Shown: positions 33,513 to 42,347 of the stretch, one piece after another
Position numbering within the stretch: the first letter of the stretch is position 1
Layout of the letters: every line of letters starts with the position of its first letter
From: an uncultured Candidatus Saccharibacteria bacterium
GTDB lineage: Bacteria > Patescibacteriota > Minisyncoccia > Phycocordibacterales > UBA9973
DNA length: 54,212 bases
NCBI GenBank assembly: GCA_964500465.1
Contig: CAZCNB010000005.1
Coordinates: 1 to 54,212 of the forward strand
Reading direction: 5' to 3'
Translations under genes and position numbers: made by a program
The notes under the pieces: model-generated
What the model was told of the DNA's origin: nothing
The model's input: the letters and a program-made list of their open reading frames with translations, nothing else
Databases searched by the model: none

Positions 33513-34013
33513 ATGAAAAAAATCTATTTTGAAAATAAAAAAAACGGTTTTACACTGGTAGAAATATTAATTGGATGTGCAATTATAACTACCATGATAT
33601 TTGCATTAATGGTTTCTGCTCAAAAAGGTATTAATCTATCAGATAAGGCTTTAAAACAAACACAAGCAAATATGCTTCTTGAAGAAGGGGCGGAAGCTGT
33701 TCGATCTATAAGGGATGCGAGTTGGACTACTATATCAAATCTTACTCTAAACACTGATTATTACTTGTCTTACAATACAAGTACTAATGTATGGTCTCTT
33801 AGCACAACACCATCTGCAACAATTGACTCGATATTTACTAGAAAAATATTGATCTCACAAGTTTTGAGAGATGCTACAACGGATGATATTTCTTCTATTG
33901 GTAATCTTGATTCAAGAACAAAAAAAGTCACTATAACAGTTTCATGGGTAGATTCTGATGGAACAACTCTATCAAAAGATTTACCTTTTTATATATCTGA
34001 TATTTTTAACTAA
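33513..34013 (+). CDS. Prepilin-type minor pilin
   Basis: NG|FTLVEILIGCAIIT, with Glu at +5. Confidence 0.65.
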   Translation: MKKIYFENKKNGFTLVEILIGCAIITTMIFALMVSAQKGINLSDKALKQTQANMLLEEGAEAVRSIRDASWTTISNLTLNTDYYLSYNTSTNVWSLSTTPSATIDSIFTRKILISQVLRDATTDDISSIGNLDSRTKKVTITVSWVDSDGTTLSKDLPFYISDIFN

Positions 34014-34019
34014 TTTTTT

Positions 34020-34532
34020 ATGAAAAATACAAAAAAAGGCGGATATAGTTTAATGGAAATGCTTATATATTTAGCTATTTTTACTATGCTTTCTATTTTA
34101 GTTATAAATTCTCTTATTACTGTCATGACCTCTTTTGCAACCACAAGAACCAACAGAGATTTGCTTGAATCTGGTTCAACAGCAATAGAGAGAATTTCTA
34201 GAGAGATCAGACAAGCGAAAACTGTAGATACTACAAATAGCACCTTAGGCTCTAGTCCTGGAGTGTTGCAATTAAATAGTACTGATAGTAGTGGTAATGC
34301 GCTTCTTGTAAAATTCTCGGTTTCAAGTGGTGCTCTAAATATGTATACCGGTGGAACACTTAAAGATAATCTTTTGGGACAAAATATAACAGTTAACAGC
34401 TTGGTGTTTAGAAGAATTTCTACGACCAATAGCGAGGCAGTAAAAATTGAACTAACACTTCAGGATAATAGTAGTAAAACAACTAAAACAGCGAATTTTT
34501 ATGACACAGTGATATTAAGAGGGGGGTACTAA
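34020..34532 (+). CDS. Prepilin-type minor pilin (PilW-like)
   Basis: GG|YSLMEMLIYLAIFTML, with Glu at +5. Confidence 0.65.
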   Translation: MKNTKKGGYSLMEMLIYLAIFTMLSILVINSLITVMTSFATTRTNRDLLESGSTAIERISREIRQAKTVDTTNSTLGSSPGVLQLNSTDSSGNALLVKFSVSSGALNMYTGGTLKDNLLGQNITVNSLVFRRISTTNSEAVKIELTLQDNSSKTTKTANFYDTVILRGGY

Positions 34533-34539
34533 TCTATAT

Positions 34540-36300
34540 ATGAATAACTTTCTTAAAAATTCAATAAAAAATAAAGGAGCAGCAATAATGGTTGTGTTAA
34601 TATTCTTCATGGCTATTAGTTTAACTATTCTTGTTGGAATTATAAGTCCTGTTGTTAGAGAGTTTAAGATTGCTGGAGTTACTTATAGTTCTAAAAACGC
34701 TTATTTCTTAGCAGAATCTGGTGTAGAAGATTTGCTTTACCGTATAAGAAATAATAAACAATACAATGCAAGTGAAACCTTAACTATTGGTAATTCCTCA
34801 GCTACAACAACAGTTACAGATACTTCAACTAGTCAGAAACAAATCATATCTTTGGGAGATGCGTCTACAAGCGAAAGAAAAGTAAGCGTATCCGTTACTA
34901 CTGGAGTTGGGGTTTCATTTAGTTATGGAGTTCTTGCTGGGCAGGGGGGGGTAGAATTAAATGGAAGTGGAACCATAAATGGAAATGTATATGCTAATGG
35001 TCCAATAACAGGAGATAGTTCAGCTATAATAACCGGAACTGCAATATCAGCTAATAGTCCAGCAATAACTACAGACCAGTCAAACGGTAGTGGAACACCT
35101 GCATATAATATCTCATTTGCAAATGCTAGCGGCACTCAAGATATTGCTCAGAGTTTTGTTACAGCAACATCAAGCCCTTTAAATAAAGTTCAATTTTATA
35201 TAAAAAAAGTTAGTACTCCAAGTAATGCTACTGTAAAAATAGTAAATGATTCTAGCGGAAGCCCTGGTACAACTGTTTATGCATCTGGGACTCTTGATGC
35301 ATCAACGGTCACAGCATCCTATGGATGGGTTGATGTATCATTCACTACAAATCCATTACTTACAGTTGGAACGACATATTGGCTTGTGGTAGATGCCGGA
35401 ACTTCAAGTACAAAGTACTATATAATAGGAGCAAGTAGTGCGACATACGCTAATGGGCTAGGAAAGATAGGTCAGCAAGGAGGTACGTGGAATAATACAA
35501 CACCATCGGGACTCGATTATTATTTTGGGATATATCTAGGCGGGGTTAATGGATTAATTGCTGGTAGTTCAGGAAGCCAATGGAATCAGCTTCATGTCGG
35601 TACAGTCTCAGGCACTGCTCAGGCTCATACTGTAAATTATACAAATTCTACTGGCCTTATATATTGTCAGACTGGCACAGGCAACAATAAATCATGTACG
35701 AGCCAAACTGATCCAGTATATCAATCGTTCCCAGTATCTGATGCAAACGTAACTCAATGGAAAACTGATGCCGAAGCCGGTGGTACATATAATGGCAATT
35801 ATTCAGTTGGGTGGGCTGGAGCGACCCTAGGACCAAAGAAAATAGTGGGCGATCTAACTGTAAATGGAGGGGGGACCCTCACTCTTACGGGTACACTTTG
35901 GGTAACCGGTAATATTACGCTTAATGGTGGCGCTCTTATACAGCTTTCATCGAGTTATAGTACAAATGATGGTGTTATTGTAGCAGACGGCACAATAACT
36001 ATTTCTGGAGGAGGACATGCTACAGGGTCTGGAACATCTGGAAGTTATATAATGATGCTTTCAACTAGTTCCTCGACTAGTGCTATATCTGTATCGGGCG
36101 GAGCTGGAGCTGTTATTGCGTATGCACAAAACGGGACAGTGGCAGTATCGGGAGGTGCTTCACTTAAGGAGGCGACAGGATATAGAATAACCGTTGATGG
36201 TGGCTCAAGTATCACCTATGAATCTGGACTTACTAATAATAACTTTTCAAGTGGACCATCAGGGACTTGGAATATAGGAACCTGGAAAGAGTCCGAATAA
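34540..36300 (+). CDS. Large PilX-N-like pilus-associated protein with a Gly/Thr/Ser-rich beta-solenoid-like C-terminal region
   Basis: N-terminal hydrophobic helix without Glu+5 (KG|AAIMVVLIFFMAISL), as in PilX. The C-terminus has repeats such as GGGTLTLTGTLWVTGNITLNGGALIQL. Confidence 0.5.
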   Translation: MNNFLKNSIKNKGAAIMVVLIFFMAISLTILVGIISPVVREFKIAGVTYSSKNAYFLAESGVEDLLYRIRNNKQYNASETLTIGNSSATTTVTDTSTSQKQIISLGDASTSERKVSVSVTTGVGVSFSYGVLAGQGGVELNGSGTINGNVYANGPITGDSSAIITGTAISANSPAITTDQSNGSGTPAYNISFANASGTQDIAQSFVTATSSPLNKVQFYIKKVSTPSNATVKIVNDSSGSPGTTVYASGTLDASTVTASYGWVDVSFTTNPLLTVGTTYWLVVDAGTSSTKYYIIGASSATYANGLGKIGQQGGTWNNTTPSGLDYYFGIYLGGVNGLIAGSSGSQWNQLHVGTVSGTAQAHTVNYTNSTGLIYCQTGTGNNKSCTSQTDPVYQSFPVSDANVTQWKTDAEAGGTYNGNYSVGWAGATLGPKKIVGDLTVNGGGTLTLTGTLWVTGNITLNGGALIQLSSSYSTNDGVIVADGTITISGGGHATGSGTSGSYIMMLSTSSSTSAISVSGGAGAVIAYAQNGTVAVSGGASLKEATGYRITVDGGSSITYESGLTNNNFSSGPSGTWNIGTWKESE

Positions 36301-36312
36301 TAAGGAGTTTTG

Positions 36313-36321
36313 TGATATAAT
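36313..36321 (+). promoter_or_regulatory. Extended -10 box TGaTATAAT, 6 nt upstream of the tpiA ATG at 36328
   Basis: tgtgatataat, then acgatt, then ATG. Confidence 0.55.
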
Positions 36322-36327
36322 ACGATT

Positions 36328-37089
36328 ATGAAGAAACTCATAATCGGTAATTGGAAGATGAATCCGCAATCATTAAAGGAGGCGGAAATTCTTTTTAAAA
36401 AGATAAGTAACGAGGTTAAAAATATTAAAGGCGTTGAAATAGTTCTATGCCTACCTCAAGTATTTATCTCTAATATAAAGAAAATAAATAATAAAAAAAT
36501 AACATTAGGCGCGCAGAATGTCTCAAGTGAGCCTGTCGGTCCATTTACTGGAGAAGTTTCTGCCTCAATGCTTGGAAGCATTGGTATAAAATACGTAATT
36601 GTCGGTCATTCTGAGCGTAGATCTCTAGGTGAGACAAACGAAATGATAAATAAAAAGATTATACTTGCCTTGAAAAACGGAATCACCCCTGTTTTATGTA
36701 TAGGCGAATCAGTCCGAGGTCACGATGCTTTTTATCTAGCAAAAATCAAAGAGCAGTTAACAATGTGTCTTTCGGGCATACCAAAGGCTCAATTAAAAAA
36801 TATAGTTATTGCCTATGAGCCAGTCTGGGCACTTTCTTCTACGGAAAATCGCCACGATGCAACACCTCATGATTTTGAAGAAATGAAAATATATATAAAA
36901 AAAATATTATCTGATATGTTTGGTCAAAGTATGATTGGATCAACGCGAATAATATATGGTGGTTCTGCAAACAAAGATAACGCAGAATCTTTCTTAAAAA
37001 TCGGAGCAGATGGATTGTTGCCAGGTAAAGCAAGCCTAGCACCAAAAGATTTTTCAAAAATTGTTGAGATTGCAAGTAAAATAAAATAA
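36328..37089 (+). CDS. tpiA: Triosephosphate isomerase
   Basis: IIGNWKMN, VGHSERR, AYEPVWA and YGGS motifs. Confidence 0.9.
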   Translation: MKKLIIGNWKMNPQSLKEAEILFKKISNEVKNIKGVEIVLCLPQVFISNIKKINNKKITLGAQNVSSEPVGPFTGEVSASMLGSIGIKYVIVGHSERRSLGETNEMINKKIILALKNGITPVLCIGESVRGHDAFYLAKIKEQLTMCLSGIPKAQLKNIVIAYEPVWALSSTENRHDATPHDFEEMKIYIKKILSDMFGQSMIGSTRIIYGGSANKDNAESFLKIGADGLLPGKASLAPKDFSKIVEIASKIK

Positions 37090-38213
37090 TGAAATCAATT
37101 AAAGAAATAAAAAATTTGTCAGGGAAGAGAGTCTTGGTACGTGTGGCATTCAATGTCCCTGTTAAAGATGGAAAAGTTATCGACGATTTTAGGATTAAAA
37201 AATCTCTTAAAACAATAAAATATTTACAGAGCAAGAATGCAAAAATAATACTAATTTCTCATTTAGGTGAGGATGAAAAGGAAAGTTTCAAGCCAATAAT
37301 TTCAAAGTTTAAGAAATACATACCAAAACTTGTATTTTTAGACAAACCTATATTTTCGGATGAAACCGAAGATGCTATCAAAAATTTAAAAAAGGGCGAT
37401 ATTGTTTTGCTTGAAAACTTGCGTAAAGAAAAAGGGGAAAAAGACAATTCTCCTTCTTTTGCAAGAGCTTTGTCACGATATGGTGATATATATATAAATG
37501 ATGATTTTCCAGTATCTCATCGTGCCCACGCATCAATCGTCGGGATTACTAAATATTTACCAGGATATGCTGGATTTCAGTTTGAAGAGGAAGTTAAAAA
37601 CCTATCAACTGCATTTTCTGCAAAACATCCATTTTTATTTATATTAGGTGGGGCAAAATTTTCTACTAAGATACCGCTAATCAAGAAGTTCTTACACGAT
37701 GCAGACAATGTGTTTATCGGCGGAGCGCTTGCCAATGATTTCTTGAAAGCAAAAGGATATGAGATTGGTTATTCGCTTGTCGAGGAGGGTAATTTTGAGA
37801 TAAAGTCACTACTCAAAAATAAAAAGTTGATACTACCGAGAGATGTCGAGGTTGTAAAAGGTAACTCAAGGAGATTCACTAAATCAGAATCTGTTTTAGC
37901 CGATGAAAATATTGTGGATATAGGACCTGAGACATTGAGTAATTTAAAGGATTTAGTTTTAAATTCTAAATTTGTGCTTTGGAATGGCCCTCTAGGGAAA
38001 TATGGAGTAGGGAGCGGGAAACCAACAGAAGAACTTTTGAAATTAATAGCAAAATCCAAGAAAGTAAAATCAGTCATAGGCGGAGGTGATACTATTGCCT
38101 ATATCTCTAAACTAAAGCTTGAGAAAAAGCTCGGATTTGTATCAACTGGCGGTGGAGCAACACTCGATTTTCTTTCAAAAGGGACACTTCCTGGCATAAA
38201 AGCTTTGAAATAA
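37089..38213 (+). CDS. pgk: Phosphoglycerate kinase
   Basis: RVAFNVP, SHLG, GGAKFSTKI and GGGDT motifs. Its start overlaps the tpiA stop (TAATG). Confidence 0.9.
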   Translation: MKSIKEIKNLSGKRVLVRVAFNVPVKDGKVIDDFRIKKSLKTIKYLQSKNAKIILISHLGEDEKESFKPIISKFKKYIPKLVFLDKPIFSDETEDAIKNLKKGDIVLLENLRKEKGEKDNSPSFARALSRYGDIYINDDFPVSHRAHASIVGITKYLPGYAGFQFEEEVKNLSTAFSAKHPFLFILGGAKFSTKIPLIKKFLHDADNVFIGGALANDFLKAKGYEIGYSLVEEGNFEIKSLLKNKKLILPRDVEVVKGNSRRFTKSESVLADENIVDIGPETLSNLKDLVLNSKFVLWNGPLGKYGVGSGKPTEELLKLIAKSKKVKSVIGGGDTIAYISKLKLEKKLGFVSTGGGATLDFLSKGTLPGIKALK

Positions 38214-38218
38214 ATACT

Positions 38219-38227
38219 TGATATAAT
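38219..38227 (+). promoter_or_regulatory. Extended -10 box TGaTATAAT, 6 nt upstream of the recJ ATG at 38234
   Basis: tgatataat, then ctcttt, then ATG. Confidence 0.55.
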
Positions 38228-38233
38228 CTCTTT

Positions 38234-39889
38234 ATGCCCAAGCCAGATGAACTGCTAGAATTATTGCTCGCTAATCGTAATATAGGAGATGAAGATCGAG
38301 ATAAATTTTTGAACCCTTCTTATGATAAGGGGATACATAATCCGTACCTAATGAAAGATATGGAAAAAGCTGTTGTTAGAATTTTTGAAGCGATAGAAGC
38401 AAAAGAAAAAATAATTATTTACAGCGATTATGATTGTGATGGAATCCCAGCTGCAGTCATAATGCATGATTTTTTTAAGAAAATCGGCTACGAGAACTTT
38501 TCAGTCTATATTCCAGACAGGCACGATGAAGGATATGGCTTAAACTTGAAAGCGATAGATGAATTTATAGATACTGGAGTAAATCTCATAATAACCTTTG
38601 ACCTCGGGATCACAGCTATAGAAGAGATAACTAAAGCAAAATCAGCAGGGATTGATACTATTGTTACTGATCACCACTTGCCTCAAGATAGATTGCCCGA
38701 TGCTTTTGCAATAATTAATCCAAAACAAAAAGATTGCAATTATCCAGACAAAAATCTTTGTGGTGCAGGAATTGCATTTAAACTTGTATGCGCAATTATT
38801 AAAAAATATGGTGAATATTTTAAGATTCCAGATGGCTGGGAAAAATGGTTGCTAGATATGGCATCTGTCGCGACTTTGGCTGACCAAGTACCGCTTGTCG
38901 GGGAAAATAGAATATTAGCATACTATGGATTGAAAGTCTTAAAGAAGACTAGAAGGCCAGGATTGATTGAAATTTTTAATAAAGCTGGAGTTAATATGAA
39001 TAATATTTCCGAAGAGGACATAACATTTACTCTTGCTCCGAGGATAAATGCGGCATCGCGCATGGGCGACCCTATGGATGCATTTCGAGCTTTGTCTTCA
39101 GAGAATCCAGTAGAGGCAAAAGCTTTTGCAGATCATCTCTCAAAGATAAATGATGAGAGGAAGCAATCTGTTGCTCGAATAATGAAAGATGTAAATAAAA
39201 CTCTAGAAAAAAGAGAAGATAAGTCAGTAATCGTCATAGGAAATCCAAATTGGAGGGTAGGGATCCTAGGCCTTGTCGCTTCAAAAATAGTCGATCAATA
39301 TAAAAGAACTACTTTTGTCTGGGGAAGTGAAGGTAGTGAAATAATAAGAGGATCTTGCAGGGGATATGGGGATATAAATTTAGTTGAAGCTATGAGCGCT
39401 CTCCCTACAAACAGTCTGATTGATTTTGGGGGACACAAAGGAGCAGGCGGATTTTCAGTGGAACATACAGAGATACATTTCTTGGAAGAACGACTACTAA
39501 AAGTCTTTGATGGGATAACAGATAAAAAATTAGAAAGTGTAGATATACCAATTGATGCAAAGATAAACCTCGATGATGTAAATATTGGTAACTATAATGT
39601 TATTGAAAAACTTGCTCCGTATGGGGAAGGTAACCCAAAACCCATATTTTTATTGGAAGATATTACTATATCGTCCATAAAAGAATTTGGGAAAGATAAA
39701 AATCATTTGGAAATTATATTTTTGGATGAAAAAGCTCATCCTGTAAAGGCTATATCATTTTTTAAAACAAGAAATGATTTTGGTCGCTCTTTGACCGAAG
39801 GTGAGCGCATAAATCTTTATGCGACTTTTGAAAAAAGTACTTTTTTAGGTCGCACCGAGCTCCGTCTGCGAATTGTTGATATAATATAA
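38234..39889 (+). CDS. recJ: Single-stranded-DNA-specific exonuclease RecJ
   Basis: DHH-family motifs (YSDYDCDGI, TDHH) and the GGHKGAGG DHHA1 motif. Confidence 0.85.
   Translation: MPKPDELLELLLANRNIGDEDRDKFLNPSYDKGIHNPYLMKDMEKAVVRIFEAIEAKEKIIIYSDYDCDGIPAAVIMHDFFKKIGYENFSVYIPDRHDEGYGLNLKAIDEFIDTGVNLIITFDLGITAIEEITKAKSAGIDTIVTDHHLPQDRLPDAFAIINPKQKDCNYPDKNLCGAGIAFKLVCAIIKKYGEYFKIPDGWEKWLLDMASVATLADQVPLVGENRILAYYGLKVLKKTRRPGLIEIFNKAGVNMNNISEEDITFTLAPRINAASRMGDPMDAFRALSSENPVEAKAFADHLSKINDERKQSVARIMKDVNKTLEKREDKSVIVIGNPNWRVGILGLVASKIVDQYKRTTFVWGSEGSEIIRGSCRGYGDINLVEAMSALPTNSLIDFGGHKGAGGFSVEHTEIHFLEERLLKVFDGITDKKLESVDIPIDAKINLDDVNIGNYNVIEKLAPYGEGNPKPIFLLEDITISSIKEFGKDKNHLEIIFLDEKAHPVKAISFFKTRNDFGRSLTEGERINLYATFEKSTFLGRTELRLRIVDII
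39877..39885 (+). promoter_or_regulatory. Extended -10 box TGaTATAAT inside the 3' end of recJ, 7 nt upstream of the rnhA ATG at 39893
   Basis: tgatataat, then ataactc, then ATG. Confidence 0.5.
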
Positions 39890-39892
39890 CTC

Positions 39893-40360
39893 ATGAGTAA
39901 AAAGATAGAAATATATACAGACGGTTCATCACTAGGTAATCCTGGCCCTGGTGGGTACGGTGTTGTCGTAGTAGAAAACTCAAAAGTTATTAGAGAATTT
40001 GGCGGGTATGAGAAAGATACTACTAACAACAGAATGGAACTTACTGGTGCAATAGAGGCTTTAGAATATATAAATAAAAATCATAAAGGCGACGATATTA
40101 CTATATATACAGATTCAGCTTATGTTCTAGGAGGAGTAACGACTTGGATACATGGATGGGAGAAGAATGGTTGGAAAACTGCAAACAAGAAGTCAGTTCT
40201 CAATCAAGACCTTTGGCAAGCACTAATAACCCTGGTTAGAGTGTTTGAAGGCGATCTAAAATGGGGCAAAGTAAAAGGACATGATGGACATGTTCACAAC
40301 GAACGTGCAGATGAAATAGCGACACAACATTCGTCACTACAACAAAAGAATATTTTATAA
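39893..40360 (+). CDS. rnhA: Ribonuclease HI
   Basis: IYTDGSSLGNPGPGGYG, NNRMEL, TDS and HNERADE motifs. Confidence 0.9.
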   Translation: MSKKIEIYTDGSSLGNPGPGGYGVVVVENSKVIREFGGYEKDTTNNRMELTGAIEALEYINKNHKGDDITIYTDSAYVLGGVTTWIHGWEKNGWKTANKKSVLNQDLWQALITLVRVFEGDLKWGKVKGHDGHVHNERADEIATQHSSLQQKNIL

Positions 40361-40459
40361 AGCACACATAAAATTCTCTTGAATTTTTGCTCTTCTCGCG
40401 CCGACGCGCTGCGAAAGGCTCTCTAAAACATTCTTTTGTTGTAGTTAATATCAATATGT

Positions 40460-41752
40460 ATGATTTCTAAAAGAGAAATTTTTGTAATACTAGTTTTAGT
40501 TTTGATTGCGCTAGCGCGGTTTTTGTTTTTCTTACCAAAGTCTCCTTCTTATGAAAATGTGGTAGGGAAGAAGGTTAGTGTGCAAGGTGTGGTTGTAGAC
40601 GCACCGGATGTGAGATTAAATAATAAGAGGGTAACAATAAAACCAAGCAATCAGGAGTCAAATATTTTAGTCATTACACCCCTTAGCACAAATATTTCTT
40701 ATGGAGATAAAATAGAAGTAAAAGGCATTTTAGATACACCAGAGAATTTTGAGACTCAGTCAGGTAAAGAATTTAACTATATAAAATACTTAGCAAATAA
40801 AGATATATATTTTATTATCAAAAACGGTGAGATTAATATAATCTCAAGTGGTAACGGTTCAAAAATGATCTCGCTACTTTATCAGTTTCGAGACTCTTTT
40901 ATGAGAAATATTGCTGATGTTATAAATTCACCTAAAAGTGATTTGGCAAATGGATTAGTATTAGGTTCTCGCGGAGGATTTGATCACAACATGAGAAATG
41001 AGTTTATCAATACTGGAACTATCCATATAATTGCACTATCTGGGTACAATGTGACGATCGTCGCTGAGGGAGTTATCAAAGTATTAGGTCTATTTCTATC
41101 TCCAACTTTGTCTATAATATTTGGGATTATTGTAATAATTTTATTCATACTTCTTGCTGGTGCATCTTCAACTGCAATAAGAGCTGGAATTATGGCATCA
41201 ATCGCACTCTTTGCTAGGATTACTGGGCGTAAATATGATGCTGGGCGGGGGCTTGTGGTTGCAGGGTTACTCATGATTGCTTATGACCCGAGAGTTGTAA
41301 CTGACATATCTTTCCAGCTTTCTTTTATTGCAACTTTTGGGGTTCTTTTTATAACTCCTAAAGTAATTGGTTGGGTGAAATTTATACCGATGCGTTTTGG
41401 GCTTCGAGAACTTGTAGCGACTACACTCGGAGCAACAATTGCAGTTCTACCACTTCTACTCTATTCGACTGGAGTATTATCGATCGTATCAATACCAGCA
41501 AACATTTTGATTTTACCTTTTATACCCTTAACAATGCTCCTCGTTTTTATTACAGGAATGCTTGGACTAATTTCTACCATACTTTCTATTCCATTTGCAT
41601 ATCTTTCTCAATTATCACTCTCTTATATTTTAGGAATGATTCATTTCTTCGCATCTTTCCCATTTGCAAGTTTAACAATATCTCACTTCCCGTTAATAAT
41701 AACCCTAGGGTTGTATGGATTTATAGCATGGTGGGTTTTTAAAAAGTATTGA
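40460..41752 (+). CDS. comEC: ComEC/Rec2 DNA internalisation channel, membrane part only (DUF4131 OB-like plus competence domain)
   Basis: N-terminal TM plus OB-like region, then a polytopic competence domain (HIIALSGYNVTIV). It lacks the metallo-beta-lactamase domain. Confidence 0.8.
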   Translation: MISKREIFVILVLVLIALARFLFFLPKSPSYENVVGKKVSVQGVVVDAPDVRLNNKRVTIKPSNQESNILVITPLSTNISYGDKIEVKGILDTPENFETQSGKEFNYIKYLANKDIYFIIKNGEINIISSGNGSKMISLLYQFRDSFMRNIADVINSPKSDLANGLVLGSRGGFDHNMRNEFINTGTIHIIALSGYNVTIVAEGVIKVLGLFLSPTLSIIFGIIVIILFILLAGASSTAIRAGIMASIALFARITGRKYDAGRGLVVAGLLMIAYDPRVVTDISFQLSFIATFGVLFITPKVIGWVKFIPMRFGLRELVATTLGATIAVLPLLLYSTGVLSIVSIPANILILPFIPLTMLLVFITGMLGLISTILSIPFAYLSQLSLSYILGMIHFFASFPFASLTISHFPLIITLGLYGFIAWWVFKKY

Positions 41753-41801
41753 CAGTTTTATGTATAAGAGTAATATATTAGTACATTACATTTGTACCTG
41801 C

Positions 41802-42226
41802 CTAGTATATCCCGACTGAGGCAGTGGGTTTAAAGGGGATATAGTATTTAACCCAAAAACGATTGCCTATGCGACCAAAAGCATTCGTTGGAAAGTTGTC
41901 AATTAAAGGCTTCCATTTGTTGGTGAGACCACCGATCTTTTGAAAGCTTTTGCTGTCAGCTAGCCAGTAAGAGCTCTTTTAAATAAAAAATATTCTCGAA
42001 TAACATACCCTGTTATATTTGGCCTGAACCAGGTTGATTTTATCCCTACTAGTACCGTAATGCTTTAGCTTGGTAAAATCTTTACAACACAGTGGTTCCT
42101 TTCTTTAATATTTTTTATATAAGACAACTCAAAACATTCGGGCCCGAATTCCAAAGATTCGGGCTCTTCTTTTTTAGATTTCTTGACAAACTTGGTCTTA
42201 AGAGTATCCTTTTCATTAAGGAGCAT
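41802..42226 (-). pseudogene. Possible frameshifted gene remnant (three short minus-strand reading frames that read like protein)
   Basis: Hand translation gives these minus-strand fragments:
- 42226-42065: MLLNEKDTLKTKFVKKSKKEEPESLEFGPECFELSYIKNIKERNHCVVKILPS*
- 42080-41979: DFTKLKHYGTSRDKINLVQAKYNRVCYSRIFFI*
- 41977-41802: SSYWLADSKSFQKIGGLTNKWKPLIDNFPTNAFGRIGNRFWVKYYIPF...
No ORF of 60 aa or more exists in 41753-42353. Confidence 0.25.
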
Positions 42227-42317
42227 CCATTATAAAAGGATGAAGTTTACCTCTCGAACACCACAAGGTGGCCCGTATCGACGGGTTAACAATGTCTTAA
42301 TAAGTTTTTAATAATTG

Positions 42318-42347
42318 AAGCGGTTTTGTGTGACCCACAAAACCGCT
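42318..42347 (-). terminator. Hairpin downstream of the SOD gene
   Basis: aagcggttttgtg / cacaaaaccgctt, a perfect 13-bp stem with a 4-nt loop. The flanking T-run is weak. Confidence 0.5.

Noticed and set aside
40385-40425. Short GC-rich patch (ctcgcgccgacgcgctgcgaaagg) between rnhA and comEC
   Set aside because: It allows only a 4-bp cgcg/cgcg stem and has no repeat partner in the window. It is too small to interpret.
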